NCBI GenBank assembly: GCA_965113315.1
Contig: OZ220367.1
DNA from: Podarcis vaucheri
Lineage: Eukaryota
DNA: 64,000 nucleotides
Reading direction: 5' to 3' (one strand)
In this document: positions 1 to 12,700 of the stretch, piece by piece
Position numbering within the stretch: position 1 is the first letter of the stretch
Layout: the number at the start of each line of letters is the position of its first letter
Notes under the pieces: generated by a model
What the model was told of the DNA's origin: nothing
The model's database searches: none
The model's input: the letters and a program-made list of their open reading frames with translations, nothing else
Translations under genes and position numbers: made by a program

Positions 1-148
1 CCCAGTATTGTTGACAGTGACTGGCATTGGCTTTCTGGGGTTTCAGGCAGGGAGTTTTTCCCGGCCTTACCTGGAGAAACCGGGGATTGAAACTGGGACT
101 TCTGTTTGCACAGCAAGTGCTCTTCCACTGAGCTACAGCCTTTCTCCT
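1..148 (-). mobile_element. Squam3-like tRNA-derived SINE (runs off the window start)
   Basis: Reverse complement reads GCTGTAGCTCAGTGGAAGAGCAC...GTTTCAATCCCCGG..CTCCAGG..CCCTGCCTGAAACCCC..GCCAGTCACTGTC, matching 10411-10755. Confidence 0.7.
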
Positions 149-332
149 AAGCACTTTTATGTTGGCCCATAATTTATGAAGCCCTGAGCAAATGGAAGGG
201 AAACTGGTCACTTAACTGAATCGTCAAAGTAAATCAGAATAGTGTCTCTCTTTGCCCCCCCCCCCAACATATTTCACTGATTCTCTTCCTGCTATGGCCT
301 GTAAAATCTTCATTTTGTGTCTATAAATACAG

Positions 333-3300
333 GTCTCCTCTGAAGAATGCAGATCCTCGAATGCGTGCGCAGGGCATCCAAACGCTTTCTGAAGTCCTCC
401 TGCAATGCTACTCCCTCCTTCAAGAGCGGGAAGGTAGGGCACATGGGCTCAGTCCTCACTCTTTTGCAACCATGGAGAGTGCTGCTTCAGGAGCTGGCCT
501 CAGCATTCAAGGGATCATGCCCGAGGTAGTGATCAGCAGCAGGAGGTTAGGCAGGCAGGATTCAATGACTCAGTGGTTTTTGACACGCCATATGCTTCTT
601 TGCTGAGTAGCTGGGGTGAACTCAGGTTTATTGAAAGCTCTAACTTTCTGTTAGAAAGCAGTTAAATGTTTGGAAGAGAGTGAAGATGGAAGGCAATGCC
701 TTACCGAGGCAGTAAGGAGTAGCGTATTTTGTACTTTCAAGAGGATTATGGATTTTAGGGTGACACAGAGAGGGAGGGTTTGACTTAATGGTATGACTCT
801 CCTGGAATACTGAGACTCCTGCCTCAGTTTTCCCAAATGTGTACAGTATAAGCTAGTTTCAGAGCCTTAGCAGTGCCCATCACTGAGTGGCTTCGCAGTA
901 ACCTACTTACCATGCTGTGGTCCAGAGCTATGTGGGTAGCATATTCATTGTTAACTTTCAATAATCCTAATCCTAATAATATCTGCAATCCCAAGAACAC
1001 ATGATTAGTGGCGGTCTGATCTATGGTTCTGCACCACAGAATGTCCTATGAGATGGGAGATCTTAAGTGTTCAGTTACCTTGCAGTTTCCCTTTCTGAAT
1101 GTCCTCTTGCTGTTTCTTTGGTCATAGTGTTAGGCATTTTATGCTTGTGTGCAACCACTTATCGGTCATCAGATGAATTTTTTAAAATAGGTCTGAGGAG
1201 CCAAAAGTAGGGGGTGAATGCCTGTATTGCCAAGTGACCTGTGATAATTCTGCATTTTCCTTCATCCTTTCAAATCTGCTGAGGCTGATGTAGATGCCAA
1301 TTTGCCCCATGGATATCTCTATTTGTGTTAGCTAAGCCCAACTACCACCATAGCCCTAGTTTCTGATAATGTTTTTCTGTTCCAGTGTCCCACCTGGTCT
1401 TGTTCTATGAGAACCGGCTGAAAGATCATCACCTGGTCATTTCTTCTGTGCTGCAGGGACTCAAAGCTCTGGTGAGAATTGTTTTCATGGTAGTCATTCT
1501 CGTTTATTCATTTCTGTGTTGCAACTTAATATAAAAGTATATGTATATGGTGCCCTAGATCTTGGTTAAAACCAAAACATCATAACACAATAAAATTGGA
1601 GCAAAATATATTAAAGAAACAGAAATACAGAATGGATCACCTGATAAGATTATTACAAAAAAGCAAATAATTTTCATAAGAAGCCTTGCAGAAATAATCT
1701 AGCGATAGCAATCTATGACAAAACTGGGGACACTCTCTATTCATCTGCTCAGTGGTAGAAAATTGGGGTGCCCCAAGGATAGCAGATTGACAGCTCTGGC
1801 TCATTTAACTGAGACCAGTGAAAGCTGCTACAAGACAGGCTGATTAAAGTAGTAGGTGCTGGTGTAGAAAGAATCTTTTCTGAATCTACTTGGGATTAGT
1901 TAACAGTGAATTTCCCCCCTTTCTCTCTTAATGATTGGGTCACTGTCACACTGATTAAATGATGGGCTTCTTTTGTTTGTTTCCATTGCACTTACTGATA
2001 ATATGCCATACAGGGCAGTCTGAGGCCTTAAACATGCTAACTGGTAGCCATCGTTACATGTAGATGGGTACTGAGTTGTTACCATTACTTTCCTTGTCTC
2101 TAGAGTATGTGTGTGGCGTTGGCTCCAGGTCTGGCAGTGTCTGTTCTCAAGGCCATTTTCCAGGAGGTTCATGTCCAGGTAAGTCAGAGAAGCCCTGATA
2201 GACTCTCTAATTTTGCCTTTGCGTTCCACATCCATGCTTCAGCCTTTCTGTTCTCATTATTATTAAACTAGTTCCTGAAGTATCCTGTACCTCCTGTGGT
2301 CCCTCTTGGTGGACAATACACAGTAGTTCTCTTGGCTAAGACCCGCTCATCGATATTTTCTTGCTGTCAAGAGAATTGAAGCACTGGATCATGGCAGAAG
2401 TTTGGAGAATCATATCCTCCGCTCTTTGACACTGTCTAAACGATATTAGAAAATCTGAGACTTGGTGGTTTTATGGCTGTATTACTGATATTTTGTAATG
2501 GGCCGTTGTTGTAAGTCATCTTGGATGGTCATTGCCCAGAAAGGCAGGCTAGAAATAGTTCTTTAATAAATAAATAAAACTATGAAACACGGCCTGGGGG
2601 AATAGTGCACCGGAGTTGGATATAGGTTCAAATTTATCATGACTTGTTAAGTTGCCTTTGGCAAGTAACTATATTAGCTGCCATTCTTTACCAACTCCCC
2701 ACTGCCTTTATTAATAACCTTATTTGAAAGAGTAGTTGGGTGGGTGGACAAGATGAGATTGTGGCAACTTCTCTGAGCCTTGAGTAATTAAATATAAAAG
2801 GAGTAGACACATGTATCCTTTGTGTGTGGTAATGTATGCAAATTCTGCTGTGAAATACCTCTAGTTCCGATGTGAAAGTGTATATCTTGATTTTTACATG
2901 GGACATTAAGGGAATTGGAGATACTCTCAGCAAGACTAAAAATAAAGGTAGAGAGGATGTTATGGAAGGTCCTGGCCTTCAGCTGGGTGTGTGTAAATTT
3001 CTGACTTGCCTGCAGTATCTTAATTTTCTTTCTGGCAAATTAGGCACCCAAATCTATGGACCAGAGTATGATAACATGAACTGGAGAGGGATCATAACAA
3101 AAACATAAATCTCTAAGGCTTGGAACAGGTTCACGTAATACTGCTTTATTTCCCAGCTATGCTTTTCTTATCTTCCAGTCTTTGCTGCAAGCGGATCGCC
3201 ATACAATCTACAGTATCATTACTAACTTCATGAGCAGCCGAGAGGCAGGTGAGATGGATGGCTGTGGAAGGGGCTGAGTCGGACACCCTGCTGGAAAACC

Positions 3301-3654
3301 CTGGGAATTTCCTTACCTGATGCTTTTTCCTGCAGAACTGAAAGGTCTGGGTGCCGATTTCACCTTCGGGTTCATCCAGGTGATGGATGGAGAGAAGGAC
3401 CCACGCAACCTGTTAATAGCCTTCCAGATTGTACGAGACATCATTGTGAAGGGCTATGCATTGGGTATGTCCAAGGCCTTGGCAGTGTGGGGAAGCCCAT
3501 GTTGGCAGCGGTTGGTTGGTTTGTTAAACTTCTTATCATGCCTGCATTGTGTGAGGATGCAGGCTGTATGGGGAGCTTGTTAAAGCGTGCATAGCTTTGG
3601 AATCATTAAACATAGAACCACAGGTTATATCTGCTGTTGAGGCCATGGAACACA

Positions 3655-3706
<52 letters not shown>

Positions 3707-6700
3707 CCTGTGAGAATGGTAGCACTAAATAGGATGCAAATAAATAGTCCATGTCCAGACTTGTGACTGACTGTTTTGGTCACTCAAAGAACTCATACTG
3801 CTGTCTTCACCTCTCAGGGCCCTTCGCAGAGGAGTTGTTTGAGGTGACTTCCTGCTACTTCCCCATCGACTTTACCCCTGTGAGTGAGTAAATCTGGTGC
3901 TTTGTCCCTCCTTCACAATGCTTTGGATATGGGTGTTGGAGCAGGATAGTTTGTGTAATGCCTGGAACTGGGGGTGTCCCTATGGAGATGGGTTTATTCA
4001 GTACATTCATGTCTAAATCTTTCGATTTTGCTTCTGTTCCAGCCCTCCAATGATCCTCATGGAATCCAGAGAGAAGACTTGATCATCAGCCTGCGGGCAG
4101 TGCTGACCTCCACTCCCATTTTTGCTGAGGTAGGACCATTGTGTATCATGGCTGAAGTCTGTTTTCTGTGCCCTGTGGGTTCTTCCTGAGACCCTGTAGC
4201 AGAGTTGGTTCCCATCCTGATACACCATGTTGAGCAATAATACATTGACAGAGTTGGGGTGGACTTCTTCTTCTTCTTCTTCTTCTTCTTCTACATACAT
4301 ACATACACTGCCCATCTGGCTGAGTTTCCTCAGCCACTCTGAGCGGCTCCCAACAGAATTAAAAGCACAATAAAACATCAAACATTAAAAACTTCCTTTA
4401 CTGGGGCCCATAATGCAGCCATTTGTAATAGTTTATGCTCATCAACAGAAGATGTTGCTGTAGTGGTGCACAACAATTTGGATCCTAAAAAGCCATCTAT
4501 GAATATATAGGTGTTGGGGAAGGGAACATTGATTGCAGATCTTCCCTCCCCCTTGCACCACCTTTCATGCTGCTCTGGACAAGATTTTTGAAGGGCAAAG
4601 CGGGTGCAAGGTGAAAATTCCTTCTTCTCTTGATGGGAGCATCACATTGTCAGAACCTTCATTAGGATAAGCCAATGCATTTATTCCCAGAACAAGCATA
4701 CTGTAGAGATAATTTTGCCCTTAACTTTGAGACTTCAGTCTATTGCAGATATATGAGTTGGGGAGTAAATTTACTCTCCAGTCCTTTTGCATTTCCCAAC
4801 ACTGATCTTTCAAACTGCTACTACCATCAGACTTTGGACAGAGAGCTTGATTTATAGATATAAATAAATATTTGCTTTTTTTATTTAAAAAAGCTGGGAT
4901 TAATGGCTCTCTGAAATGGCCCATATGCTACACAAATTGCTGCCGTGGTAGGTATATTTTGCCCCTCATAGAATTAGAATAAAGTCAGAAATTTATGAAA
5001 CTGCTGGAGCGATCTTTACCCTGGCCAGGCAGCAGTGGGCAGAGCTGAAGCACCTGAGCATCATATCCAAAGCCCTGCCAGGCAAAAGGTGGGGAGTGTT
5101 TTTTCCTCATTTTTTGCTACACTAGCTCCAGGCAGGTGCAGCTGAGAGCCTGATGATCCTCTCAGAGCTTTCCAGTGGCTACTGCCAGCAAAACCACCGG
5201 TGGTAGCTTCCTGCCTGCTTGAGTGAATCTAGGCCCTCTACAATGATGGACACTCCCCCCTTGGCTAAGATGATAGCAGACTCTGCAGTATTCTAACACA
5301 AATACCCAGTCACCACCAAGGTGGCGTCAGTGGGGAGTATTGCATTGTGCTCTTTATATGGGTTTTACATTGTTTTGCGAGGCCTGCTGGTCTGATCTTC
5401 TGAGGTATATTATAACCCCAAATTATGCTGAGCAAAGTATATTGAGATTTCCAGGATCTTCTCTCCTTACAGTTCCTGATCCCGTTGCTCATTGAGAAAA
5501 TGGACTCTGACGTACAAAGTGCCAAGCTGGACTCCCTGCAAACCTTGGTAAGAGCACTGAGCAAAGGTATCAAGGCTCCGCAGTAGGTTGCCATGCAGCC
5601 CTCCCTGCTCCTGCAGCTTTCCTCAAAGCAAGCATGCACTTTTCTCTTTCCCCTGCACTGGGATTTATGTGCCCTTCAAGCTGATTTAAGGGGTGGCGGC
5701 GGTTCTGGTGCTGCTTCTAGGTAATGCAGCATCTTGACTGCAAATTAACAGCACACCCCAGATGACTCATGTCTGACTCTCTCCCCCCCGCCCCCACCTT
5801 TCTTTCTTTTGCAGAATGCTGCCTGCATGATCTATGGGGAGAAGGAGCTGAAGGAGTTCCTACCCAGCCTTTGGTCATCCCTGCGCAGGGAGGTGAGAGG
5901 AGTGAGGATTCCCAAAGAGATGTGGTTCTGGTGTCCTGTGAAAGTGCATCCATTACATTGTTCCTGCTCTCTGTTCCTGGGGACTGCTTGAAACATTATA
6001 TACTGCATTGGAATGAATATAAGACTCACTTCCCCCCCCCAAAATTCCGACCGTGAAAAGTTAGAGTGTGGTTTAAATTTACATTCGTGACCTTACAAAA
6101 ATTGGCTTTTACGATATTGCTGCTGAAACAGAAATACGGTAAAACAGAATGGATGTGAGTGCATGCAGAATTTTAAGGGAGCGGCTTATATTCGGGTATT
6201 CCCCCCCCCTTTCCCCCATTGAATTTTAAAGGTGCGGCTTATATTCATGTGCGACTTACATTCGGGCCAATACAGTAGTTTCATTACAGTGAATTATCAG
6301 GCTGTTGTAATATTTGATGGACCTATAAAGAAGCAAATAACCCCCTTTCCCCCCCTTTCATTATGATCACTGGCTGGATCACTGGATTACTTGCTGGATT
6401 GCGGGATCACTGACTGGATTATTTGCAGGATTGTCTGCACTGTACAGCTGATTCCCCTCCTGCTCCTCAACAGGTGTTCCAGACAGCAAGCGAGAAGATT
6501 GAAGCAGAAGGTCTGTCTGCTTTGCGTGCTCTGTCAACATGTCTGTCCCGCTTGGTGCTCAGTTCCGATGATGAGGATCTTTTAGATTCCTTCCTTACAG
6601 GCATTCTGCAAGGTAACCTTTGGAGCAGCATCCCTTTCCTAGCATCTTTCCAGTCCTGTGAAAGACCTTCCATTTCTCATTCATAAACTGCTGCTTGGAG

Positions 6701-9700
6701 GAAATGACCACTTCCCCAAGGGAAAAATATCTTGTCATGCTGTTGCAGCCATGATTTGGCTTACAGGACTGGAGGGAAGGGGTGGAAACTGGAGCTGACT
6801 TGTGGGAAGGCAGCATGTTTGAAACTGTTTGCAGTTTGCAAGCTGGTGGAATTAAGTAGTGCTATTTCTTGCTGGGATTTCTGCAGTGGCATTGGGAGTG
6901 ATACTGTTTCTCCCAAGCGCTCTTACCTGTTTCAGATTGCAGACACCATCTTTGTGAGCCTGACATGAAGCTGGTGTGGCCAAGTGCCAAACTCTTGCAG
7001 GCGGCTGCAGGGGCCTCTTTGCGAGCCTATTACCGGATCACATACAGTGTACTTCCCTTGCTGGTGGAACAGTACACCAAGCATGAGCAGGTGAGGACAA
7101 ATGGGAGCGGAATATGCTTGTGATGGAGGGTAGTGAAAGGGGCTTAGGTGACTGCAATCTCATATTAAGGGACGTTTAGTGGCATATACCTGCCCCAGGC
7201 ATATGCTTGGGCTCATATTCCATGTAGGACAATGGCCTGCAGATCTTGTCTCTCCTTCTGTGTCTTAGTCCTTTCAACCCATCCTCTGCCCTTTTTGATC
7301 TCTTGTAGAGTAGCCAGCACAGGACAATCTTGGAAGTGCTGCTTGGTTTCTTGGAGCTGCGGCAACAGTGGGGGCCTGAGGAAGACGGTGAGATGGTTCT
7401 CCATTCTTCTTGTTTCCTACTAGCAAGGCTGCCCTTCTGCAGCATCCTGGGCTTCCAATGTTCCTGTCTTGCCCAGAGCAGTTGTTTGCAGAGAAGAGTC
7501 ACCTTAATCTATGGGATTTAGCAATGGCCTGTCTGGGAAGGGGGAGGGCAGTGAGATAGGTGCAGTAATAGGGAGAAGAGAAATGCGGAGACAACAGAAT
7601 TGAAAAACAAAGAGTTTGACAGGATAGCTTCCCAGAAGAAATTCTAGCCCTTGTGGTTGGTGAGAGAAGTCTTAGAAAATGCATGCACAAGAGTTGGGTT
7701 CCAACTACAGTACACATTTAAAGCAGTATCATATCACCTTAAACAACAGATAGTTTGGAGATCAGTATTCCCCTCACAGAGCTAAAATTCCCAAAGTGGG
7801 AATCCCTGTTCTAACAGTTCTCAGCACCCTTAACAAACTACAGTTCCCAGGATTCTTTGGGGGAAGCCATGACTGTTTAAAGCGGCATGAGAGTGCTTTA
7901 AATGCAGTGCAATTGGGACCCCAGCCAAATATTCCAGAACCAAAGTTTCTTTGAGCATGGCTTTCAGTGACCAAGTAGAAATGCTTTTTGCAGGATGACA
8001 TGGTGACTGCAGCTGAGTAACCTTGGTGGGTGACTGCTCTTAATGAGCAATCCATCTGTGTTTTTTTCTTATCCAGGTACCAGTGCTGACCACTCAGAAT
8101 TTTAGGAAGTTTCTCATTCCTCACTATCTAAATTCTGATCACAATCCTCTCAGACTCCGGGTTAGAAAGTTAAAGCGCCCCTGCCAAGGACCTTGTAATT
8201 TCTAGTGATTCGTGCCCAGGGTGGTCAGTCTCATGACACTGCCTGTGTGCCTGTTTCTCTCCCTTGCAGACAAGAGTCCACTGCTTTGTTTCAAAGATGC
8301 CCTGTGTTCCGTGGTGTTCTCTGCACTTTCTGAGTCCAATGTGCAACTTCAGTTGGTTGGCATCCGGGTTCTGACCTTTCTAGGATCACTGCAAGGTATG
8401 TGTTGATCTGTGGGTTACTCCCAGGAGTCATGGAAGAATTACAGCTTGTTTAGAGATTTTCCCCTTGGTGTGCATTCCTTTACAGATCCATCTAGCGTGC
8501 ACACAGACCTGTTTCCATCATGTGTGTGCAGCCAGACAGCTGGACTTGAATCAGATTAGGTACTGTCCCACCCCACCTTACATAACTTGGACTATATGGG
8601 CTGCAGGCAGCCTCTAGGAAGTGGAATGCAATATAGTAAAACTGGCAATGATAGCAGAGTGTTACTACCAGAGAAAGGAAAGGCTTTGAACTTCAGTCTC
8701 TCTTCCATTTCAGGGCTCCTGACCCTCTCAGATGTGGAGATGTTTGTGGATCACCTTACAAAGTTAATCTTGCATGAGGACGATTCCCAGACAAGGTGAG
8801 GGGTGGAAACAAAGCTGGACCCTGTGGGTGCAAGGGAAACAGCAGGCATTGTTGAACTTCTCAGAATTGTCTTTGGGCTTATCTCTTTCTAAATATTGAA
8901 AATGCTTACATTCTTTTAGTCCACTACCTATAAATGGCAAAAGACAAGGTTTCTAACACAGTCTCATGAATTACTCATTTCTTAATCCAAAATTCTGCTT
9001 CTGTTTGGTGTTGTTAAGGTTTGCATGTGTTTTAATTAAGAAAAGGGCTTTACTAATACTGCTTTTATGATCTTTTTTCAATCTTAAGTTTTGTACTAAA
9101 ACATCCTTTGGTTTATCATGCTTTGTTCTAATGTGTGAATAGAGCTCATATCCTCATTCTCTTAGCACAGATTCATTTCAGACTGAACCCAATAGTGTAG
9201 TTAAACATTCTTCCATAAAAATGTCCCTCATAGTGTAATATTCTTTAAATCCTTTTTTTAAAAAAATAAATAAATGCCTAGCTTGGTAACATCCTGTTGT
9301 TTGCTTTAAGATTTCAAGTGCTGTATCTTTTCCTCAGGCCTTCCTGCATTTCCTATTCAGTGCGCAGTGCATCCAAACCTGCGAGTCACAGGACAGTTCC
9401 CAAACAAATCCAGTGATACCTTTTCATAGTTTCTATAGTGATGTGAGAATCCCACTCTCTTCTGATAAGTTCTTAGATGAACTCGGGTTAAGAGTGAGCT
9501 TAACAAAACCTGGGCAGCCTGCATCGCTGTCTAAGCTGTGTTCTTGTCCAAAGAGCTCTTGTAATCAAGGGAACATTTTTATAAAATGTAGTGCACACAC
9601 AGCTCAATATTACAATTATAAAATTAGATTACCACAGAAAGATCTGTGAGTTGCTTTACGGTATTGAGTGGGCAACAAGTTCATCCATCTTTGCATACTC

Positions 9701-12700
9701 CTTTATCCCTGCAGCATGGTAGCTATGGAGGCGGCTGGACGCCTGGCTCCCCTCTATCCACAAGCCTTCAGCAAGTGCTTGGTTCAGAAGTTCTCAGAAG
9801 GGCACCAATCAGGTACAGCATGCAAGTTGGGCGGGTTGTGGGGAAGTGGGTGTCCTCTCTTATGCTGCCTTTACTAAGCATTTGTGCAGAAGTTCACAGT
9901 GTCTATCCCTGAGTGCTAGCAGCATTGTAGGCAGAGCCATTGCAGGGGGCTTTGGCTTGAATCTGCGCGGTCTCTGTGCCTTGAGGAATGTGAGTAAGGC
10001 CAAACGGGCAGACGGATAGGTTAGTTCCAGGTCCAAGAATCAACCATTCCCAAATCCATGTTCATGTGGAGGGGTGGAAGGTGGTACCTCCATGGCCCTG
10101 TCCCTAGGGACAAATTCATTGACTAGCTCTTGTGTTCTGTGTGCTGTTTCAGAGCTTCAGGAGGACAGCAATCCATCCCAGCAGGAACGTCGCCTTCAGG
10201 CTCTAGCAGCTGTGTCCACGCACCCTAGTATAGTGAGGGAAACCGTTCCAGTCCTCCTGCAGCACTTCCAGCAGATTCAGCAAGGTAGTGTAAGAATTGT
10301 ATGTGATAAACTATTGATACTTCGGAAGCGAGGAACCTAGCCCAGTGCTTGGGACCGCAATAACAGAAGGGCTCAGCGTATGTGTATCATTAATAGGATG
10401 TGTAAGATTGGGAAGGGCTGGAGCTCAGTAGTAGAGCGTCTGCTAAACATGGAGAAGGCCTCAGGTTCAATCCCTGCCATCTCCAGAAAAGACTGGATAG
10501 CTCAGTTGGTTAAAGTGTGGTGCTGATAATGGCAAGGTTTCAGGTCCGATCCCTGTATGGGACAGCTGCCTATTCCTGCATTGCAGGGGGTTGGACTAGA
10601 TGATCCCCAGGGTCCCTTCCAACCCTACCATTTATGTTTCCATGACTTCCTGTCTGAAACACTGAAGAGCCACTGCCAGTCAGTGCAGGCAGCTCTGAGT
10701 TAAGTGGACCCAGGAACCTGACTCCTTGTAAGGCCGAGTTTCCTTGTTCCTATGGAAGGGGTTAGTAGAGAGCTGTTAGTACACTGAGCCTTGGTAACCT
10801 TTAGGTGCCTACAGTCCCATAATTCTGTCATTAGCGGGAGAAGTACAGCTTGTTGTTGGAAGCCTAGGACCATCAGTCTTTGACTGTTTTGGCCCATAAC
10901 CCATTTCTGACACAATGTGATGCCTTTAAATGGCTCTGGTGATAATGTATTAGTAATTTTTTAAAAAAGAAAAACACCTTGGAACCGGTAACCTCCACCC
11001 TGAATGCTCTTTTGATTTTTTATTTTGCAGAGGGTATACCTGCAGATACCCACTCTGTGGTGTCTGTGTGCCAGAGTCTGCAGCAGGTAGCATTCCAGTG
11101 CCAGCAAGATGCTCAGAGTTACTGGTACTTCCACCAGGCTGTGGTGCCCTGCTTGGTGGGCTTAGCAGTCAAGGCTGCAATGCAAGGTAAGGTGGGGAGA
11201 TGAGCACAGACCCTGTGCTCCCCGAACCAGGCCAGTACCCATAGCTCAGGTGGGGTTCTGTATACTTTCGAACCTTGAGAGAAAGGGAGGTACCTTTCCC
11301 TTGTGCTGGGCTGGCCTTTACCCACTTGGGGCCAATCTCAGTGTCCCTGTCAGGTGTCCATTATGCAGGTGGCAAACTGAAAGGCAGCTGATGGGATTCC
11401 AGGAACTGTCTCCATCCCCTCACATTTATCCCCCCCCCCTTTCATGACTATTTTCAGAGAATTCCCATACATTGCCAAGCAGTGTGCTGCTGAAGGAAGA
11501 AGCCTTATCAGCCATGGTATCGGTCATCAGCAGTGCGTGTACGCACTTAAGACCAGAGTGAGTAGCAGCTGCTGCCATCCTGTGATCTCTGTCCCTGCAG
11601 AGTGACAAGTAGTGAGGCACAATCTTTGTGCTTTTGGATAAGGTCAGGTTCTAGCATGACTCCACGAACAGAAGTGCAGGCAGTCTCCCCTTCCCCTCCT
11701 TGGTGTTTTATACTACTGTCAGATGTCAAGGAAATGAAACAACTATCTTGACTTTTAGAAAACATCTGAAGGAGGCCCTGTATAGGGAAGTTTTTAATGT
11801 TTGATGTTTTAATTTGTTGGAAGCTGCCCAGAGTGGCTGGGGCAACGGAGTCAGATGGGCAGCATATAAATAATGAATTGTTATATTATTATGTGCTGTA
11901 AACCAGTGTTCTTGTTTCTTCTTCCTGGCAGGCAGGCTGCCCAGAGTGTCTCCAAAGTGGTTCCCCTCTTCTTGGATGGAGAGCTTTCCTTCCAACCTGG
12001 AAACACCTTTCCCAGCACGTTCCAGCCCTTCCAGGTATCATGTATGAGTGAGGCGCTGCTGCTGCTGCTGCTGCTGCGTATAGGGAAATGTGGCCAGAGA
12101 CTTTGGTAGTGGAAACAATATTTCTTTTCCTTTATAGGACGGGCAGTGTCTGATGGCAGCCCAGAGAAGGCTTGTTGCTCTCCTCATGGCCTTTGTCTGC
12201 TCACTGCCAAGGAATGTGAGTCCTGGGGAAGATTTGGTGGGGCGGGGGGAGGCTGCCTCATGGCTGAGAGAATGGCTCTATCCATCCTGCCTTGTGTGTC
12301 TGATCCCTAGGCAAGTGATGCTGGGAACCAGCAGCTTGAAGCTCTGCTGTTGCCTCCATGCCTCCCCACGCTCTGGCTTCCTTTCAGGTTCCAATTCCTC
12401 AGCAAGACCGCTTGCTACGTGAACTGCTAGCCCTGAGCTGCTCCTGTGACTGCCCTTTCACTGCCACAGCTGCTGCCAAATGCTTTGCAGGACTGGTTAA
12501 CAAGCACCCAGCAGGTAACCGATGGAGTAATAGCCTGTGTCTGTCCTAGGACTGAAGGGCTGGGGATGTTGTTCAGAGGCTCGTGAAACCTCAGAGCTGG
12601 GCTGCTTGACTGATGCAAGAAGATGCCCGGAACAACAGCCAGTCTCTTTACCCTTTCCAGGGCCTCAATTAGATGAGCTGTTGGAGCTGGCCATGAACAA

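Noticed and set aside
11927-11935. Tandem acceptor CAG|GCAG in MMS19
   Set aside because: The downstream AG would frameshift; only the upstream one keeps the conserved frame, so it is likely splicing noise at most.
12035-12042. MMS19 donor GTATCATG resembling a U12 site
   Set aside because: It lacks the CCTT of the U12 consensus, and the 3' end has an ordinary polypyrimidine tract.
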